From Candidatus Fervidifonticultor tertius (lineage in GTDB: Bacteria; Sysuimicrobiota; Sysuimicrobiia; Sysuimicrobiales; Humicultoraceae), in assembly GCA_031459235.1 (NCBI GenBank), contig JAVKIY010000007.1, positions 200 to 64,199 of the forward strand: a DNA stretch of 64,000 nucleotides. The letters run 5' to 3'. The position numbers and the translations under genes are program-made. How positions within the stretch are numbered: the first letter of the stretch is position 1; every line of letters begins with the position of its first letter. Below are positions 49,297 to 60,201 of the stretch, piece by piece. The notes beneath the pieces were generated by a model. It was not told the DNA's origin. It searched no databases and saw only the letters and a program-made list of their open reading frames with translations.

Positions 49297-49326
49297 ATTA
49301 TAGCCATCGGGGCGAAACAGCGTCAA
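49297..49326 (-). promoter_or_regulatory. Near-consensus sigma-70 promoter driving the T-box leader / tRNA-Ala / ilvE-leuS
   Basis: On the minus strand: TTGACG (49326-49321), 18 nt, TATAAT (49302-49297). Confidence 0.7.
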
Positions 49327-49356
49327 CACGCGCCCCAACGCCGGCGGCGAGATGCC

Positions 49357-49842
49357 TCAGAGCTTGTACCCGAACCGCCGCAAGAGGTCCTTCCGCCACG
49401 CCACCTCGCCGGGGTCCTCTACCCCGAGGGGGACCTGGCCGTCCAGCACGCCGAGCACCCCGCGCTGGTCGCCGTCGGCGGCCACGACCACGCGCAACGG
49501 GTTCGCCGTCGCACAGAAGACGCGGACCACCTCGGGGCAGGCCTTGACAGCATGGAGGACGTTGATCGGAAAGAACCCGTCGCCGAGGACGACGACGAAG
49601 ACGTGGCCGGCGCCGATCGCCTGCGCGTTGCGTGTCGCCAGGTCGACCAGCGCGTCGTCGGTGCCGGAGCGACGGATCAGCCGCTTGCCGCTCGCCTCGC
49701 AGAAGGCCAGGCCGAACCTGATCCCGGGCACCGCGGTGACCATCGCCTCGTGCAGGTCCTCCACCGTCTTGATGAAGTGGGCCTGCCCGATGATCACGTT
49801 GAGCGTCTCGGGCTTCTCGACCGGCACCAGGGTCAGCTCCAC
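49357..49842 (-). CDS. Adenosine-specific kinase family protein (PF04008-like)
   Basis: LNVIIGQAHFIKTVEDLHEAMV...PGIRFGLAFCEASG...GAGHVFVVVL...PINVLHAVK...VVRVFCATANP. Confidence 0.7.
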   Translation of the reverse strand: MELTLVPVEKPETLNVIIGQAHFIKTVEDLHEAMVTAVPGIRFGLAFCEASGKRLIRRSGTDDALVDLATRNAQAIGAGHVFVVVLGDGFFPINVLHAVKACPEVVRVFCATANPLRVVVAADGDQRGVLGVLDGQVPLGVEDPGEVAWRKDLLRRFGYKL

Positions 49843-49860
49843 GGCACTATCGTATCACCG

Positions 49861-50376
49861 TCAGGGCTGGTGGGGCGCGCCCCAGGCCCGCGGCTCCTCG
49901 GCGAGCAGCGAGAGCGCGTGCGGCAGGACGGGCAGCAGGACCTCCAGCCACTCGCGCACCGCCCTGGGACTGCCGGGCAGGTTGACGATCAGGGTTCGGC
50001 CGCGGATGCCGGCGACACCACGGGAGAGCACGGCGAGCGGTGTCGCGATCGAGGTGCGCAGGCGCGCGAGCTCTGGCAACCCGGGCACGAGGCGCTCCAC
50101 GACCTCGACGGTGGCCTCGGGCGTGATGTCGCGCGGCGCCAGCCCGCTGCCTCCGGTGGTCAGCACCAAATCCACGCGCAGATCGTCGGCGTAGCGGCGC
50201 AACCTCGCCGCGATGCGCGCGCGGTCGTCTGGCAGGACCTCGCGTACCTCCACTGCAGCGCCGACCGCGGCGAGGGCGGCGGCGACCGCATCGCCGCTCT
50301 CGTCGGCGCCCGCGCCCCGCGCGACGGTCTCGCTGAGGGTGAGCACCGCGACGCGGCGGCCGTGGAGCGAGGCCAC
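49861..50376 (-). CDS. mog: MogA/MoaB-family molybdopterin adenylyltransferase
   Basis: VAVLTLSETV...VDLVLTTGGSGLAPRDITPEAT. Confidence 0.85.
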   Translation of the reverse strand: MASLHGRRVAVLTLSETVARGAGADESGDAVAAALAAVGAAVEVREVLPDDRARIAARLRRYADDLRVDLVLTTGGSGLAPRDITPEATVEVVERLVPGLPELARLRTSIATPLAVLSRGVAGIRGRTLIVNLPGSPRAVREWLEVLLPVLPHALSLLAEEPRAWGAPHQP

Positions 50377-50378
50377 GC

Positions 50379-50858
50379 TCAGCGCTCCCCGGGCCGGCGG
50401 TAGGTACCGCTGCGGCCGCCGCGCTTAGCCACCAGGCGGACCCGGTCGATGGTCATGCCGCGGTCGGCGGCCTTGCACATGTCGTAGACCGCAAGCGCGG
50501 CCACGGCGGCGGCCACCAACGCCTCCATCTCGACCCCGGTCGGGGCCACGGTCCTGGCGCGCGCCTCGATCGCCACGCCCCGGGCCGCGGGCGCGGCGCG
50601 CACCTGGATGTCGGTGAGCGGGATCGGGTGGCAGAGCGGGATCAGCTCCGCGGTGCGCTTGGCGGCCATGACGCCGGCGAGCTGCGCGACCTCGAGCACG
50701 TTGCCCTTGGCGATGCGATTCGCTCGGACGAGCGCCAGGGTCTGGGGCCGCATGCGGACCACGGCCCGGGCGACGGCCTCGCGCGCGGTAGCCGGCTTGG
50801 CGGACACATCGACCATGCGCGCGCGACCCCGCCGGTCGGCGTGCGTGAGGCGCGTCAT
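50379..50858 (-). CDS. moaC: Cyclic pyranopterin monophosphate synthase
   Basis: MTRLTHADRRGRARMVDVSAK...KGNVLEVAQLAGVMAAKRTAELIPLCHP. The ATG at 50858 overlaps the moeA TGA. Confidence 0.9.
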   Translation of the reverse strand: MTRLTHADRRGRARMVDVSAKPATAREAVARAVVRMRPQTLALVRANRIAKGNVLEVAQLAGVMAAKRTAELIPLCHPIPLTDIQVRAAPAARGVAIEARARTVAPTGVEMEALVAAAVAALAVYDMCKAADRGMTIDRVRLVAKRGGRSGTYRRPGER

Positions 50859-51982
50859 CCCCATAGCCGGACCTCCACCTCGTCGCCCTCCGCCACGCGG
50901 GCGCCCGGCGCGAGGACCACGATGCCGTCCGCGCGCACGAGCGAGGTCAGCACCAGCGAGCCGGCCGGCAGCGCCACGGCCCACACCTCGGTGCCTCTCG
51001 CTTCCAGGCGTACGCGCCGGTAGTCCTCGCGGCCCTTCGCTCCCTCGATCGCGGTAGCCGCGCGCGCGCGCACCGTTCGCCACGGCCCGGTGCGGGGATC
51101 AGCGCCAAGGAGTCGGTCCAGCACCGGCCGGGCAAAGAGCTCGAAGATCACCAGCGCGGACACCGGGTTGCCGGGCAGCCCGATCACCGGCACCCCACCC
51201 GCCGCGGCGAGCACGGTGGGCTTCCCGGGGCGGACGGCGACGCCGTGCACGAGGATGCCCGGCGGCCCCAGCGCCTCGATCGCCTCGGCGACCACGTCGC
51301 GCTCGCCGACCGACGAGCCGCCCGAGATCAGTACCATCTCGTGGATGGCTGTCGCGTCGCGCAGCGCGTCCTCGACGGCGGTGCGCTCGTCCGGCACGAT
51401 CCCCAGCACCGTGGGCAGGCCCCCGGCCGCGCGGACCGCGCCAGCGAGGGCCGCACTGTTCATGTCGTGCACCTGGCCCGGCCCCAGGCGCACGCCGGGC
51501 GGTACCACCTCGTCACCGGTGGCCAGGATCGCGACACCGGGCGGCCGCGTGACCTGGACGCGCGCGACCCCTTGCCCGGCCAGCACGCCCAGGTCGGCCG
51601 GCCGCAACCGCCGGCCGCGCGACAGGAGCGTCTCACCCGCACGCACGTCGATGCCGCGGTCGACCACGTTCTCGCCCGCCCGCACCGACCGTCGCACCGC
51701 CACCGTCTCGGAGGTGATCTCCACCTCCTCCTGCATCACGACCGCGTCCGCGCCAGGGGGCAACATGCCGCCGGTGGGCACGCGCACAGCCGTACCCGGG
51801 ACGACCGTCGCCGTCGCGGCGGCGCCCATCGGCACCGCGCCGGCCGCCCGCAGGACCACCGGCGCCGCGGCGCTCGCGGCCGCGGTATCCGCGGCACGCA
51901 GCGCCCATCCGTCCACCGCCGAGCGCGCAAACGGCGGCTGGTCGGTGAGGGCCACCAGGTCCGCCGCGAGCACGCGGCCCAC
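50855..51982 (-). CDS. moeA: Molybdopterin molybdotransferase (coordinates are to the first canonical start; the true start is probably upstream, see findings)
   Basis: GRVLAADL...PPFARSAVDGWALRA..., with the MoeA domain order. The conserved N-terminal roughly 36-40 aa are encoded in frame upstream of the GTG at 51982, with no ATG/GTG/TTG available. Confidence 0.85.
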   Translation of the reverse strand: MGRVLAADLVALTDQPPFARSAVDGWALRAADTAAASAAAPVVLRAAGAVPMGAAATATVVPGTAVRVPTGGMLPPGADAVVMQEEVEITSETVAVRRSVRAGENVVDRGIDVRAGETLLSRGRRLRPADLGVLAGQGVARVQVTRPPGVAILATGDEVVPPGVRLGPGQVHDMNSAALAGAVRAAGGLPTVLGIVPDERTAVEDALRDATAIHEMVLISGGSSVGERDVVAEAIEALGPPGILVHGVAVRPGKPTVLAAAGGVPVIGLPGNPVSALVIFELFARPVLDRLLGADPRTGPWRTVRARAATAIEGAKGREDYRRVRLEARGTEVWAVALPAGSLVLTSLVRADGIVVLAPGARVAEGDEVEVRLWG

Positions 51983-52103
51983 CGCCTCGGCGACCGGGAC
52001 GGTCTCGACGCCCGGTAGCGCCAGGCGGAGCGCGTCGAGGTAGCGCGCCAGCGCCTGCGCCGGGGTCGGCAGATCGGTGAAGGCGGTCAGTCGGGGGGTC
52101 AGC

Positions 52104-53294
52104 CTACAGCACTCCTACCGCGCGGCCCGCGCGGGCGAACGCCTCGAGCGCCGCCTCGAGCTGCGCGTCGGTGTGCGCGGCGGTGACGATCGTGCGCACA
52201 CGGGCGCGGCCGCGTGGGACCGTGGGGAACGCGATGCCGAGCGCAAAGACGCCCTCCTCGAACAGGTGGTCCGAGAGCGCCATGGCGCGCCGCTCGTCGC
52301 CCACGATCACCGGCGTGATCGGGGTCTCGCTGGCCCCCGTGTCGAACCCGCGCCGCTGCAGGCCTTCTTTGAAGCGGCGCGCGTTGCGCCACAGCCGGGC
52401 GATCAGGTGCGGCTCCTGCTGCACCAGGCGCACCGCGGCGAGCGCCGCTGCGGCCACCGACGGCGGGTGCGAGGTCGAGAAGAGCAGTGGCCGCGCCCTG
52501 GCCATCAGCAGCTCCACCAGCGCGCGGCTGCCCGCCACGTAGCCGCCCAGACCCGCGAACGCCTTGGAGAGCGTCCCGACCTGGATGTGGACGCGACCGT
52601 GGAGCCCGAAGTGGTCCACCGTACCCCGACCGTCTTGGCCCAGCACCCCGCTCGCGTGCGCGTCGTCCACCATCATGATCGCGCCAAACTCCTCGGCGGC
52701 CTCGACCAGCGCCGGCAGCGGCGCGATGTCGCCGTCCATGCTGAACACCCCGTCGGTGATGAGCAGGCGCCGGCGCGCACCGCGCGAGGCGGCCAGCAGC
52801 CGGCGGGCCGCCTCGGCGTCCTTGTGGGGGAAGATCTTCTTCTCGGCGCCGGAGAGCCGGCAGCCGTCGATGATGCTCGCGTGGTTTAGCTCGTCGCTGA
52901 CGACCACGTCCTCGGGCCCCAGCAGGGCGGCGACCGTCCCGGCATTGGCCGTGAAGCCGGACTGGTAGAGCAGGACGGCCTCGGTACGCTTGAACGCGGC
53001 GAGCTCGGCCTCCAGCTGCTGGTGGATCGCCATGTTCCCGGCGATGGTGCGCACCGCGCCTGAGCCGACCCCCAGCGTGGCGATGGCGTCGAGGGCCGCC
53101 GCCTTCAGCGCCGGGTGGTCGGCGAGACCCAGGTAGTTGTTGGAGCACAGGTTGATGACCTCGCGGCCGTCGTAGCGCGCGATGGGCCGCTGCGGTCCCT
53201 CGAGCAGGCGCGGCCACCGCCCCAACCCCCGCGCGCGAAGGTCGGCCAGCTCCGCGTCCACGAAGCCGAGCGGCGAGGTCAGCTCAAGGCTCAA
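52104..53294 (-). CDS. kbl: Glycine C-acetyltransferase (2-amino-3-ketobutyrate CoA ligase)
   Basis: INLCSNNYLGLADHP...DDAHASGVLG...GTLSKAF (PLP lysine). TTG start at 53294 with GGAAGGTGA upstream. Confidence 0.9.
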   Translation of the reverse strand: MSLELTSPLGFVDAELADLRARGLGRWPRLLEGPQRPIARYDGREVINLCSNNYLGLADHPALKAAALDAIATLGVGSGAVRTIAGNMAIHQQLEAELAAFKRTEAVLLYQSGFTANAGTVAALLGPEDVVVSDELNHASIIDGCRLSGAEKKIFPHKDAEAARRLLAASRGARRRLLITDGVFSMDGDIAPLPALVEAAEEFGAIMMVDDAHASGVLGQDGRGTVDHFGLHGRVHIQVGTLSKAFAGLGGYVAGSRALVELLMARARPLLFSTSHPPSVAAAALAAVRLVQQEPHLIARLWRNARRFKEGLQRRGFDTGASETPITPVIVGDERRAMALSDHLFEEGVFALGIAFPTVPRGRARVRTIVTAAHTDAQLEAALEAFARAGRAVGVL

Positions 53295-54312
53295 TGGTCA
53301 GGATCACCTTCCCGGCCCCGCCGGCCTCCAGGAGGGCGAAGGCCTCCTCGAACCGCTCCAGGGGCAGCCGGTGCGTGATCACCGGCGCCACATCGAGCCC
53401 TCGCCGCAAGAGCGTGGTCATCTGTTCCCATGTCTGCCACAACCGTCGGCCGAAGATACCCTCCAGGCGCACGGCTTTGAAGATCACCTGGTCGGCCAGG
53501 TCGAGCTCCACCGGCGCCGACGGCAGGCCCAGCAGGCCCACCCAGCCGCCGCTGCGAACCGCGCGCAGCGCGTCGCGGATGCCCGCGGGATGCCCGGACA
53601 TTTCCAGGACGACGTCGGCGCCGCCACCCGTCAGCTCCTGGATGCGCTCGGCCGCCGGCTCGGCAGAGGCATCGATGACCACGTCGGCGCCCAGCCCCCG
53701 GGCCAGGGCAAGCCGGCCAGGCCGGACGTCGGTTGCGATCACCAGCCCCGCGCCCGCCGCCCGGGACACGGGAATCGCCATAAGCCCGATCGGGCCGCAG
53801 CCGGTAATCGCGACGGTGCGCGTGGTGATGTCCGTGGCGAGCGCGGTGTGGACCGCGTTCCCGAGCGGGTCCATGATGGCGCCGATCTCGGTGCGAATCG
53901 CCGGGTCGAGCCGCCAGGCGTTCCTGGCGGGCATCACCACGTACTCGGCGAACGCGCCGTCGCGGTCCACACCGATGATCTCGAGTCGGTCGCAGATGTG
54001 CGCCTGCCCGTGGCGGCAGCGCGGGCACCACCCGCAGACGACGTGACTCTCCCCGGCCACGCGGTCCCCGACCGCGACCTCGACAACGCCCTCGCCAACC
54101 GCGGCCACCGTGCCGCAGAACTCGTGGCCGATCGTGCGCGGCGGCCGCACACGGGACCGCGCCCAGGCGTCCCAGCGGAAGATGTGCAGGTCGGTCCCGC
54201 AGATGCCCCCCGCGGCGACCCGGACGAGGACCTCGCCGCGGCCGGGCGAGGGGACCGCTACCTCCACGATCTCGAACCCGGGCGCCGGCGCGGTCTTCAC
54301 CAGCGCCCGCAT
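53284..54312 (-). CDS. tdh: L-threonine 3-dehydrogenase
   Basis: MRALVKT...GICGTDLHIFRWD...GHEFCG, a zinc-ADH pattern. It lies immediately upstream of kbl. Confidence 0.9.
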   Translation of the reverse strand: MRALVKTAPAPGFEIVEVAVPSPGRGEVLVRVAAGGICGTDLHIFRWDAWARSRVRPPRTIGHEFCGTVAAVGEGVVEVAVGDRVAGESHVVCGWCPRCRHGQAHICDRLEIIGVDRDGAFAEYVVMPARNAWRLDPAIRTEIGAIMDPLGNAVHTALATDITTRTVAITGCGPIGLMAIPVSRAAGAGLVIATDVRPGRLALARGLGADVVIDASAEPAAERIQELTGGGADVVLEMSGHPAGIRDALRAVRSGGWVGLLGLPSAPVELDLADQVIFKAVRLEGIFGRRLWQTWEQMTTLLRRGLDVAPVITHRLPLERFEEAFALLEAGGAGKVILTIEP

Positions 54313-54541
54313 GCGTGTCGGGAGGACCGCCAGGCCGGCCCGCGTCGGCGCAGGCTGCATCCGGGTCACGCGTGAGGCTTCGACGCCCCGCCAAGCCTCC
54401 TCCTGCGCCGCCCCGGTGACACGCTCGTGACCCGCGGGTGGGAGCCTGTGGGGTCGATGGCAGGAAGCCCGCCGGGGCGGCGCCAAAGGGTTCTCGCCCG
54501 GAGGCCGGGACCCAGGCCCGCCCGCGGGGAGGAGTCGCGGT

Positions 54542-54943
54542 ATGTCACAGCTCTGGCACCCCCTGGTCGTCCACTTCCCGATCGCGCTATGGATCACGAG
54601 CGCTCTTTTCGACCTGCTGTACCTGTGGCGGGGCGAGGCGTTCCACGCGCGGGCGGCGAAAGTTCTGATCGGCCTGGGGCTGCTCGGCGCGCTGGTCGCC
54701 GTGGGCACAGGCTACCTGGACCTGGGCCGGTTCTCGCCCGAGGAGCTGGGGCCAGCGTTCCTCGGCCTGCACCGGACGCACCAGGCGTTCGCGGTGGCCG
54801 CGACGCTGACCTACGCGGCCAGCTTCGCCGTCCGGCTCCGGCGGACGCCGGGACGCGGCGTCGTGGCGCTGCTGGCGCTGACCGGTGCGGCCCTGATCGG
54901 CTGGGCCGCGTGGCTGGGCGGCGAGCTGCGCATGAGGATGTGA
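54542..54943 (+). CDS. DUF2231 family membrane protein
   Basis: HPLVVHFPIALWITSALFDLL, 4 TM. GGGAGGAG lies 7 nt upstream of the ATG. Confidence 0.75.
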   Translation: MSQLWHPLVVHFPIALWITSALFDLLYLWRGEAFHARAAKVLIGLGLLGALVAVGTGYLDLGRFSPEELGPAFLGLHRTHQAFAVAATLTYAASFAVRLRRTPGRGVVALLALTGAALIGWAAWLGGELRMRM

Positions 54944-54945
54944 CC

Positions 54946-55665
54946 GTGGCCGGGCCGCGCATCCTCGTCGTCGACGACGAGCCGCACATCGTCGAGCTGG
55001 TCCGTTACAACCTCCAGCAGGAGGGGTTCGAGGTGCTCACGGCCGGTGACGGCGAGACGGCGATCATGCGCGTGCGGGCCGACCGCCCGGATCTCGTGGT
55101 GCTCGACATCATGTTGCCGGGGCTGGACGGGCTGGAGGTCTGCCGGCGGATGCGGCGGGAGTCCGCGGTACCGATCATCATGCTCACCGCGCGCGGCGGT
55201 GAGGTCGAGCGGGTCGTGGGGCTCGAGCAGGGCGCCGACGACTACGTGACCAAGCCGTTCAGCCCGCGCGAGCTGGTCGCGCGCGTGCGCGCGGTGCTGC
55301 GCCGGCGCGTGCGCGAGGTGGCGGCGGCGCCCCACGAGCCCCTGCGCGTGGGCGCGCTCCACCTGGACCCCGCGACGCGCGACGTCACGCTCCACGGCCG
55401 GCGCGTGGACCTGACGACGCGCGAGTTCGACCTCCTGTGGCTGCTCATGCGCTATCCCAACCGGGTCTTCTCGCGTGACTTCCTGCTGGAACACCTGTGG
55501 GGCCACGACTTCTACGGCAGCACGCGCACCGTGGACATGCACGTCAGCCGGCTGCGCGAGAAGATCGAGGACGATCCGGCCACACCCACCTACATCGCCA
55601 CCGTGCGGGGGGTGGGCTACAAGCTACAAGCCGCGGCGTCCGGCCGCCAGCGGGTACGCTCATGA
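54946..55665 (+). CDS. OmpR/PhoB-family response regulator
   Basis: Receiver domain (ILVVDDE...VVLDIMLPGLDG...KPF) plus a winged-helix output domain (...TREFDLLWLL...VDMHVSRLREKIE). Confidence 0.9.
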   Translation: MAGPRILVVDDEPHIVELVRYNLQQEGFEVLTAGDGETAIMRVRADRPDLVVLDIMLPGLDGLEVCRRMRRESAVPIIMLTARGGEVERVVGLEQGADDYVTKPFSPRELVARVRAVLRRRVREVAAAPHEPLRVGALHLDPATRDVTLHGRRVDLTTREFDLLWLLMRYPNRVFSRDFLLEHLWGHDFYGSTRTVDMHVSRLREKIEDDPATPTYIATVRGVGYKLQAAASGRQRVRS

Positions 55666-57379
55666 AGACCCGGTCCGTCCGCGCCCGTCTCGTCAGCTCG
55701 TACATCCTGCTCGTGTCGCTCTGCCTGGTCCTGGTCGCCACGTTCGTCACCTGGCGGCTGCAGCGGCAGTACATGACCACCTACGGGTCGGTCGTGCTGA
55801 CGCAGTCACGCATCATCAGTCGTATGCTCGAGCAATACGTCGCCGAGGGGGAGCGCGATGTGGCGCGGCTCGAACGGCTCGCCCAGGAGTTCCGGTGGCG
55901 GCCCGACCTGACCATTACCGTGCGTTCGCCCGCGGCGGTAGCCGGGGACGCGCCGCCCGAGCTGGTTGCCGCGCTGCGAGGCGAGCCGGCCCAGGTGGTC
56001 CGCGACGACGCGGCCACCGGCGAGCAGCGCGTCTTCGCGGCCGCGCCGGTCGCCGCCGGCGGACAGACGGTCGCCGTGGTGCATCTCTCGGTGCCCACCG
56101 GCTGGGTGTGGGTGCAACTCCGGCGCATGCTGCCGCAGCTGGGGATCGCGCTCTTCATCGGCCTGGTGGCCGCCTGGCTCGTGGGCGGACGGCTGGCCCG
56201 CAGCCTGGTAGAGCCGATCGACGAGCTGACCCGCATCGCGGCGCGGATGAGCGCCGGCGACCTAGCGCAGTCGGTGCGGCCGCGCGGTCCGGACGAGATC
56301 GGCCGCCTCGGCGAGATGTTCAACCAGATGGCGGACCGCCTACGCGCGACGATCACGACCGTGACCGCCGAGCAGACGAAGCTGGCCGCGGTGATGGCCG
56401 CGATGGTGGACGGGGTCATCGCCACCGACCGGAGCGGCCGGGTCATGCTGGCCAATCGCGCGGCGACCGAGCTGCTAGGCTGGGCGCCCGGGGCGCCGGG
56501 CCGCGACGGGATCGGCTGGCCCCGGCTCCGCGCGGTACTCGACGACGCGGCGGCGTACGGCCGGGTGACCGCCGAGGAGCTGCCGCCGTCGGAGACGGCC
56601 GACCGGCTCGTGGAGGTCCACTGCGCGCCCCTGCCCGGCGACGGCCGCCCCGGGGGCGCGGTGGCGGTGCTGCGCGACGTGACCGAACTGCGCCGGCTGG
56701 AGCGTGCGCGCCGGGAGCTGACGGCCAACGTCTCCCACGAGCTGCGCACGCCGCTGACCTCCATCAAGGGGTTCGCGGAGACGCTGCTGGCCGGGGCGAT
56801 GCGCGACGAGCGCACCTGTCGGCACTTTCTGGAGATCATCGACCAGGAGGCGAACCGGCTGGTGAAGCTCGTGGACGACCTGCTGGACCTCTCGCGTCTG
56901 GAGAGCAAGCGCCTCAGCCTGGAGCTCGGCCAGGTGCGCGTCGGCGACGTGGTGGCCGAGGCGGTCACGAAGATGCGCCAGCTGGCCGGCGGACGGGCGC
57001 TGGAGCTTCATCCTGCCCCGGGGGACGTCACCGTGCTCGCGGACCGCGACCGGCTGGCGCAGGTGATGACCAACCTGCTCGACAACGCGATCAAGTTCAC
57101 GCCCGACGGCGGCCGCATCGCCGTGGGGTGGCGCACGCTGAACGGCGAGGTCGAGGTGACGGTGGCCGACGACGGCCCGGGGATTGCGCCGGCCGACCTC
57201 CCGCACATCTTCGAGCGCTTCTACAAGACCGACCGGTCGCGGGCCGCGGCCGCGGGCGGTACCGGGCTCGGACTGGCGATCACCAAGCACATCGTGGAGG
57301 CCCACGGCGGCCGGATCCGGGTCGCGAGCGCGCCCGGCCAGGGGACGACCTTCGCGTTCACGCTGCCGCGAGACGCCGA

Positions 57380-57383
<4 letters not shown>
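55662..57383 (+). CDS. Sensor histidine kinase (TM-HAMP-PAS-HisKA-HATPase)
   Basis: H-box SHELRTPLTSIKGF, N-box LLDNAIKFTP, DDGPGI and GTGLGLAI. The ATG at 55662 overlaps the regulator TGA. Confidence 0.9.
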
Positions 57384-58089
<706 letters not shown>

Positions 58090-58090
<1 letters not shown>

Positions 58091-58884
58091 CAGGACCGGG
58101 TCCCCCCCGCGCCGGTCGCCTGGCCGCGCGCGCGGCCCAGGTAGGCCTCGATGACCTTCGGGTCGCGCTGAACCTCCGCGGGCGAGCCTTCGGCGATCTT
58201 CACCCCGTAGTCGAGCACCGTGACCCGGTCGGAAACGCCCATGACCACGCGCATGTTGTGCTCGATAAGCAGGATCGTGAGGCCCAGGTCGGACCGCAAC
58301 CGGCGCAGGAACGCCATGAGCGTCTGCGCCTCCGCCGGCGACATCCCCGCGGTCGGCTCGTCGAGGAGCAGCAGGCGCGGCCGGCTGGCCAGCGCCCGCG
58401 CGATCTCCAGCCGGCGCTGGTCGCCGTAGGGCAGGTTGTGGGCCGGCTCGTTGGCGCGGTCGGTCAGACCGACCAGCCGGAGCAGCTCCCCCGCGCGCCG
58501 CAGGGCGTCGCGCTCGACCGCGTGGAACCGCGGCGTGTGAAGCAGCGCATCCCACACCCCCAGCGGCAGCCGGCTGTGCATCCCGACCAGCACGTTCTCG
58601 AGCGCGGTCATGTTGCCGAACAGTCGGATGTTCTGGAAGGTGCGGCACACGCCCAGCGCGGTGATCTGGTCGGGGCGCAGCCCCACCAGCGGCCGACCGG
58701 CGAAGGTCACCCGTCCCTCGTCCGGCACGTAGGCGCCGGTGAAGACGTTGAACAGGGTAGTCTTGCCGGCGCCGTTCGGTCCGATGATGCTGGCGATCAG
58801 ACCCTCGTCGAGCGTGAAGTCCACGCGGTTCACCGCGACGAGGCCGCCGAACCGTTTGGTCACCCCCGCCGCCTGGAAGAGCAT
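58090..58884 (-). CDS. LivG-like ABC ATP-binding protein
   Basis: [18 protein letters not shown]...[10 protein letters not shown]. Confidence 0.9.
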
Positions 58885-58887
58885 GGC

Positions 58888-60201
58888 CTACGAGCTCCCT
58901 CCCGTCACCACCTGCTCCGCCGCCGCGGCGCGCGCCTCCTCGATCTCCATGCGCCGCCGCGCCGACGGCAGGATGCCCTGCTGGCGGAAGATCATCATCG
59001 CGATCAAGATGACCCCGAAGACCATGCGCTCGTACTTCGCGGGCTCGAGCTGCGTCGGCAGGTCGGCCAGGTTGAACCCCAGGATCGAGACGCCGGCCGA
59101 CTTCCACGCGTTGAGCGTCAGCGAGAGCTGCTTGAGGACCTGCAGGTTGAGGATGGTGACCGCGCTGGCGCCCAGGATCGCGCCGGGGATACTCCCCATG
59201 CCGCCGAGGATGACCATCGCGAGCACGCCGATGGATTCCATGAACGTGAAGCTCTCCGGGTTGATGAAGAGCTGCTTGGCCCCGAACAGCGCTCCCATCG
59301 CGCCGGCGAACGAGGCCCCCGCGGCGAACGCCAGCAGCTTCATCGGGACCAGCGGAATGCCCATCGCCACCGCGGCCGCCTCGTCCTCCCGGATCGCTTC
59401 CCACGCACGCCCGATGTGCGAGTCCTTGAACCGCTGGGTGACCAGGATCACCACCAGCACGATCACCATGACCAGGAAGTAGAAGTAGAGCGGGTAGAGG
59501 AAAGCGGGCTCCGTGGACACCCCCAGGCGGGCCACCACCGGCGCGAAGAACAGGGGCGGCCGTCCCACCGGCGTGATGCCGATCGGGCCGTTGGTGATGT
59601 TGACCGGCTTGTCCAGGTTGTTGGCCAGGACGCGGATGACCTCCCCGAAGCCCAGCGTGACGATGGCCAGGTAGTCGCCGCGCACCCGCAGCACGGGCAG
59701 CCCCAGCAGCACCCCGGTCAGCGCCGCCAGCGCCACGGCCACCAGGAGGAACGGGAAGAACCACCAGCCTGGCAGCGGGAAGATGGCGGTCGCCGCCGGC
59801 CAGATCTTCAGCGCCTGCGGCGACCCGAAGATCGCCCACGCGTACGCCCCGACCGCGTAGAACGCCACGTAGCCCAGGTCCAGCAGGCCGGCCAGCCCGA
59901 CGACGATGTTGAGCCCCAGCGCGAGCGCGACGAAGATGCCGACCTGCGTCGCGACCTCGAGGTAGAAGGTGTTGCTCGTCCCGACCACCGGCATGATGAC
60001 GACCAGGATCGCGAACACCGCCGCGGCCCGGAACCGGGGCGGGACCTCCAGGCGGTAGACCAGCAGCATGGAGGCCATGAACAGCAGGAACGCCGGCAGC
60101 GACCGCGGCACCGCGGCGACCAGCGCCCCGGTGCCGACCACGTAGGCCGCGACCAGCGCCGCGCGCAGGGTGGGGCTAGAGCTTCTCACGCACCACCTCA
60201 C
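58888..60201 (-). CDS. LivM-like ABC permease
   Basis: Multi-TM protein with LivM-like core ([25 protein letters not shown]). Exact start is uncertain. Confidence 0.85.
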   Translation of the reverse strand: MRWCVRSSSPTLRAALVAAYVVGTGALVAAVPRSLPAFLLFMASMLLVYRLEVPPRFRAAAVFAILVVIMPVVGTSNTFYLEVATQVGIFVALALGLNIVVGLAGLLDLGYVAFYAVGAYAWAIFGSPQALKIWPAATAIFPLPGWWFFPFLLVAVALAALTGVLLGLPVLRVRGDYLAIVTLGFGEVIRVLANNLDKPVNITNGPIGITPVGRPPLFFAPVVARLGVSTEPAFLYPLYFYFLVMVIVLVVILVTQRFKDSHIGRAWEAIREDEAAAVAMGIPLVPMKLLAFAAGASFAGAMGALFGAKQLFINPESFTFMESIGVLAMVILGGMGSIPGAILGASAVTILNLQVLKQLSLTLNAWKSAGVSILGFNLADLPTQLEPAKYERMVFGVILIAMMIFRQQGILPSARRRMEIEEARAAAAEQVVTGGSS

